Shown piece after piece: positions 61,505 to 64,000 of a DNA stretch of 64,000 nt. The stretch covers positions 576,001 to 640,000 of the forward strand of contig CAVTLK010000005.1 of NCBI GenBank assembly GCA_963735595.1, in the 5' to 3' direction. The first letter of the stretch is position 1. Every line of letters starts with the position of its first letter. The DNA comes from an uncultured delta proteobacterium (GTDB lineage Bacteria; Desulfobacterota; Zymogenia; Zymogenales; Zymogenaceae). The notes under the pieces were generated by a model, which saw nothing but the letters and a program-made list of their open reading frames with translations, was not told where the DNA came from and ran no database searches. A program made the translations under genes and the position numbers.

Positions 61505-62092
61505 TTATCGTTTTGCCGCCTTGATGCATTCGGCTGATATCGCGTCAAGCGTCGCAATAACGTTCTTCCCGGTGAGGGCAACGGTGGAAAAATCGGGGCG
61601 CCCGCCCGCGTTCAGGGCGGCGCGGAGCTTCTCGATGGGCTCGGCGTCCGGAAGGTCGCACTTGTTGTACTGGATGACCGTGGGAAAGGTAGCGGGGTCT
61701 TTGTCGTAGTGGGTGAGGATGGTCTTGAGGTCTTCCAGCGATTCCATGTTTTCGGCCATCTTGTTGGCCTGGGAATCGGCTACAAATACGACACCGTCGG
61801 CTCCTTTCATAACAAGCCTGCGCGTCTCCCCATACGTGACCTGGCCGGGAACGGTGAAAAGCTCGTAGCGGACCTTCACGTTGCTGCCGTGGACTTTCGC
61901 GGTGGTCGAAAGGTCGAAGAAATCGAAGAAGAGGGTCCGGTCGTCCTTCGTATTGATGGACATGAACTGACCCTTGGTATCCGGGCTCAGCTGGGCGTAG
62001 ATAGCACGCAGCGTCGTGGTCTTGCCGCCGAGGCTCGGCCCAAAGAAGACGATCTTGATGATCATCTCTTTCTTGTCGAAATTAAATCGCAT
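61505..62092 (-). CDS. mglA: MglA-like small GTPase
   Basis: GPSLGGKTT, DRTLFFDF, TVPGQV, DGVVFVADS, NKCD. Confidence 0.85.
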   Translation of the reverse strand: MRFNFDKKEMIIKIVFFGPSLGGKTTTLRAIYAQLSPDTKGQFMSINTKDDRTLFFDFFDLSTTAKVHGSNVKVRYELFTVPGQVTYGETRRLVMKGADGVVFVADSQANKMAENMESLEDLKTILTHYDKDPATFPTVIQYNKCDLPDAEPIEKLRAALNAGGRPDFSTVALTGKNVIATLDAISAECIKAAKR

Positions 62093-62232
62093 GGCAACTA
62101 ATAAAAAATACCGATATTAAAAACTTATATACTATCCAGAATACTTTGTAAACAGCTATTTTGCTGCTCCGCTAAATATTTCGTATATGTGTTTGCGCCG
62201 CTGCAAGGATTTCCGACAAAAATTATTTCCGG

Positions 62233-62865
62233 TTACAGGAAGGGATTGTTTTCCCGCTCGTCGGCCAGGATCGATGTGGGGGTAGGGCCGTAGTTGTGGC
62301 CGGGCAGTATCACCGTATCGTCGGGAAGCGTCAAGATACGCTCTTTGATGGAGGCCATCATCGTCTTCATCGACCCGCCGGGGAGATCCGTCCTGCCGAC
62401 GCCGCCGACGAAAAGGGTATCGCCGGTAACGAGGTTTTTTGTGCCGTCGTACAGGCAGACGCTCCCGGGGGAATGGCCGGGCGTATGAATAACCTGAAGC
62501 GTAATGTCTCCGATCGGGATCGTATCGCCGTCCTTTACGGTCCGGTCGGCCGGGGGGGATGTCCTGCCGCCGATCATCGTGAGGAAGGCCTTGTTGGCAA
62601 GGCTCGAAAGCCACGACGCCTCGGCCTCGTGGATGATGATCGGGGCGCCCGTATGCTCCACGATATCGGCGTTGCCGGAGATATGGTCGGGATGGGCGTG
62701 AGTGTTTATGATGCAGTCTACCGCCAGGCCGAGGGACGCCGTTTCGGTGAGGATCCGATCGGTGTCGGCGGCGGGGTCCACGAGGGCGGCGCGCTTGGTT
62801 TTCTCGCATCCGATAATGTAACAGAAGACGGCAAGCCTGCCCACCTCAAGCTGTTTGACGATCAT
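62233..62865 (-). CDS. MBL-fold hydrolase (glyoxalase II-like)
   Basis: THAHPDH, TPGHSPG, GDTLF, PGH. Confidence 0.92.
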   Translation of the reverse strand: MIVKQLEVGRLAVFCYIIGCEKTKRAALVDPAADTDRILTETASLGLAVDCIINTHAHPDHISGNADIVEHTGAPIIIHEAEASWLSSLANKAFLTMIGGRTSPPADRTVKDGDTIPIGDITLQVIHTPGHSPGSVCLYDGTKNLVTGDTLFVGGVGRTDLPGGSMKTMMASIKERILTLPDDTVILPGHNYGPTPTSILADERENNPFL

Positions 62866-63022
62866 TTTCTACCCCATCGAAGGACTGATATTCCGTCGGG
62901 AAATATCCCCCGACAAAAGGTGACGATGAGTATACCCTACGGGTCCTGGAATCGCAACGTATTTGTTGAACCGATCCGGGCCGGGCGACCAAAAAAGAGG
63001 ACCGGGATTCGGCCGCATCGTC

Positions 63023-63051
63023 TTGACAGGGGAACGGCGAGGCGGTACTAT
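63023..63051 (+). promoter_or_regulatory. sigma70 promoter
   Basis: TTGACA (63023-63028), 17 nt, TACTAT (63046-63051). Confidence 0.65.
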
Positions 63052-63197
63052 GAAAGCCGGCGTTGCCGCTGCACCGTTGTTACCGACCTGATCGGGCGTA
63101 TTTGCCACGTTGCGCCGCCGGGAATCCGGCGGTTGTTTTTAGACAGAGCGTTTTTCAGGCATGTCCGGGGGCCGGCCCCCGTGACGGTTATGAGGTC

Positions 63198-63548
63198 ATG
63201 GCAAAGATACTACTCTCGCTGCTCGGTAAAATAAGGGGCAAAACGACGGATGCAGGCCCGGTCATTGACATCAAGCCCGGCTCCCCCGAATGGGAGGCGA
63301 TCTGCCTGCGCTGCGGGGAGTGTTGTATCGAGCTGATATTCGACGAAGACGACAATTTGACGGCCTCCACGATGTGCGAGTATATCGACCCGGACACGCG
63401 GCTGTGCAGGGTATACGAGAACCGCTTTCAGGTCTGCCACGACTGCATCAAGCTCACCGGAGAAAACCTCCCCCGGTTTGACTGGCTGCCGGAGACATGC
63501 GGCTACGTGGTGAAGTTCGGAACGAAGGCGGGGAAAAGGGGGCGATAG
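63198..63548 (+). CDS. YcgN/YkgJ-like CxxCxxCC cysteine-cluster protein
   Basis: WEAICLRCGECC, CRVYENR, DCIKL, WLPETCGY. Confidence 0.85.
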   Translation: MAKILLSLLGKIRGKTTDAGPVIDIKPGSPEWEAICLRCGECCIELIFDEDDNLTASTMCEYIDPDTRLCRVYENRFQVCHDCIKLTGENLPRFDWLPETCGYVVKFGTKAGKRGR

Positions 63549-63678
63549 TCCCGGGCGGTAGGGTATCGGCAAGCCGTTGTCTGCCGGCCATCTGGGCGGC
63601 GGGGTGAGTTCTTAAGATTTCATTTGCAGGCGTCGCGGGTTTTCGATAAGATAGGACTTCATACACAGGGGCCAGAAC

Positions 63679-64000
63679 GTGCACGAACTGCCGATCACCG
63701 AGGATATTCTGAAAATCGCGCTGACCCACGGCGAGAAAAACGGGGCCAAACGGATCGTCCGAATAAACCTTGTCATCGGGGATCTGACCGACCTCATCGA
63801 CGATTGGGTACAGCGATACTTCGAGTACCTCGCCAAGGATAGCATAGCGGCCGAGGCAAAGCTCGTCATCGAGCGGGTGCCGATCACGGTGATGTGCGGG
63901 CAGTGCAACAAGCCTTTCGTGGTGGACAAAAAGACGCTCGATTTCAACTGCCCGGTCTGCGGTCAAAAGGGGACGGAGCTGGTCGGGGCAGGGAATTTAC
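63679..64000 (+). CDS. hypA: Hydrogenase maturation nickel chaperone HypA (truncated by the window end; absent from the ORF track)
   Basis: GTG-HELPIT..., IGDLT, CGQC, CPVCG. Confidence 0.9.
   Translation, partial: MHELPITEDILKIALTHGEKNGAKRIVRINLVIGDLTDLIDDWVQRYFEYLAKDSIAAEAKLVIERVPITVMCGQCNKPFVVDKKTLDFNCPVCGQKGTELVGAGNL

Overview
High-GC bacterial chromosome segment. Gene content (PilR plus sigma54-driven Geobacter/Myxococcus-type pilin, MglA GTPase, Cys-rich 4Fe-4S proteins, ADP-forming acyl-CoA synthetase, HypA) suggests an anaerobic deltaproteobacterium (Desulfobacterota-like; inference). It is mostly housekeeping and metabolism: pckA, opp ABC transporter, sbcD/yhaN-like pair, rmlACBD, pyrRBC, kdsD, galE, galT and others. 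At least 15 genes, including pyrB, rmlA, rmlB and pckA, have 1-nt frameshifts, which look like uncorrected long-read errors. No rRNA, complete tRNA, CRISPR array, integrase or transposase was recognised. Best candidate for an undescribed system: a type IV pilin gene followed directly by a DUF2723/TMEM260-like (GT-C) protein O-glycosyltransferase with TPRs, a polyprenol-phosphate sugar synthase-like GT2, a methyltransferase, GT4, kdsD, galE and an ispD/tarI-like gene with no ispF (a putative pilin O-glycosylation pathway). Other highlights: three tandem signal peptidase I genes, the third lacking both catalytic residues; an orphan WbdD-like kinase; a MshEN c-di-GMP receptor gene between oppB and oppC; two low-GC single-gene islets, each flanked by a duplicate of the upstream gene's 3' end; a 196-bp MITE-like element; and a highly structured leader upstream of an RRM gene.
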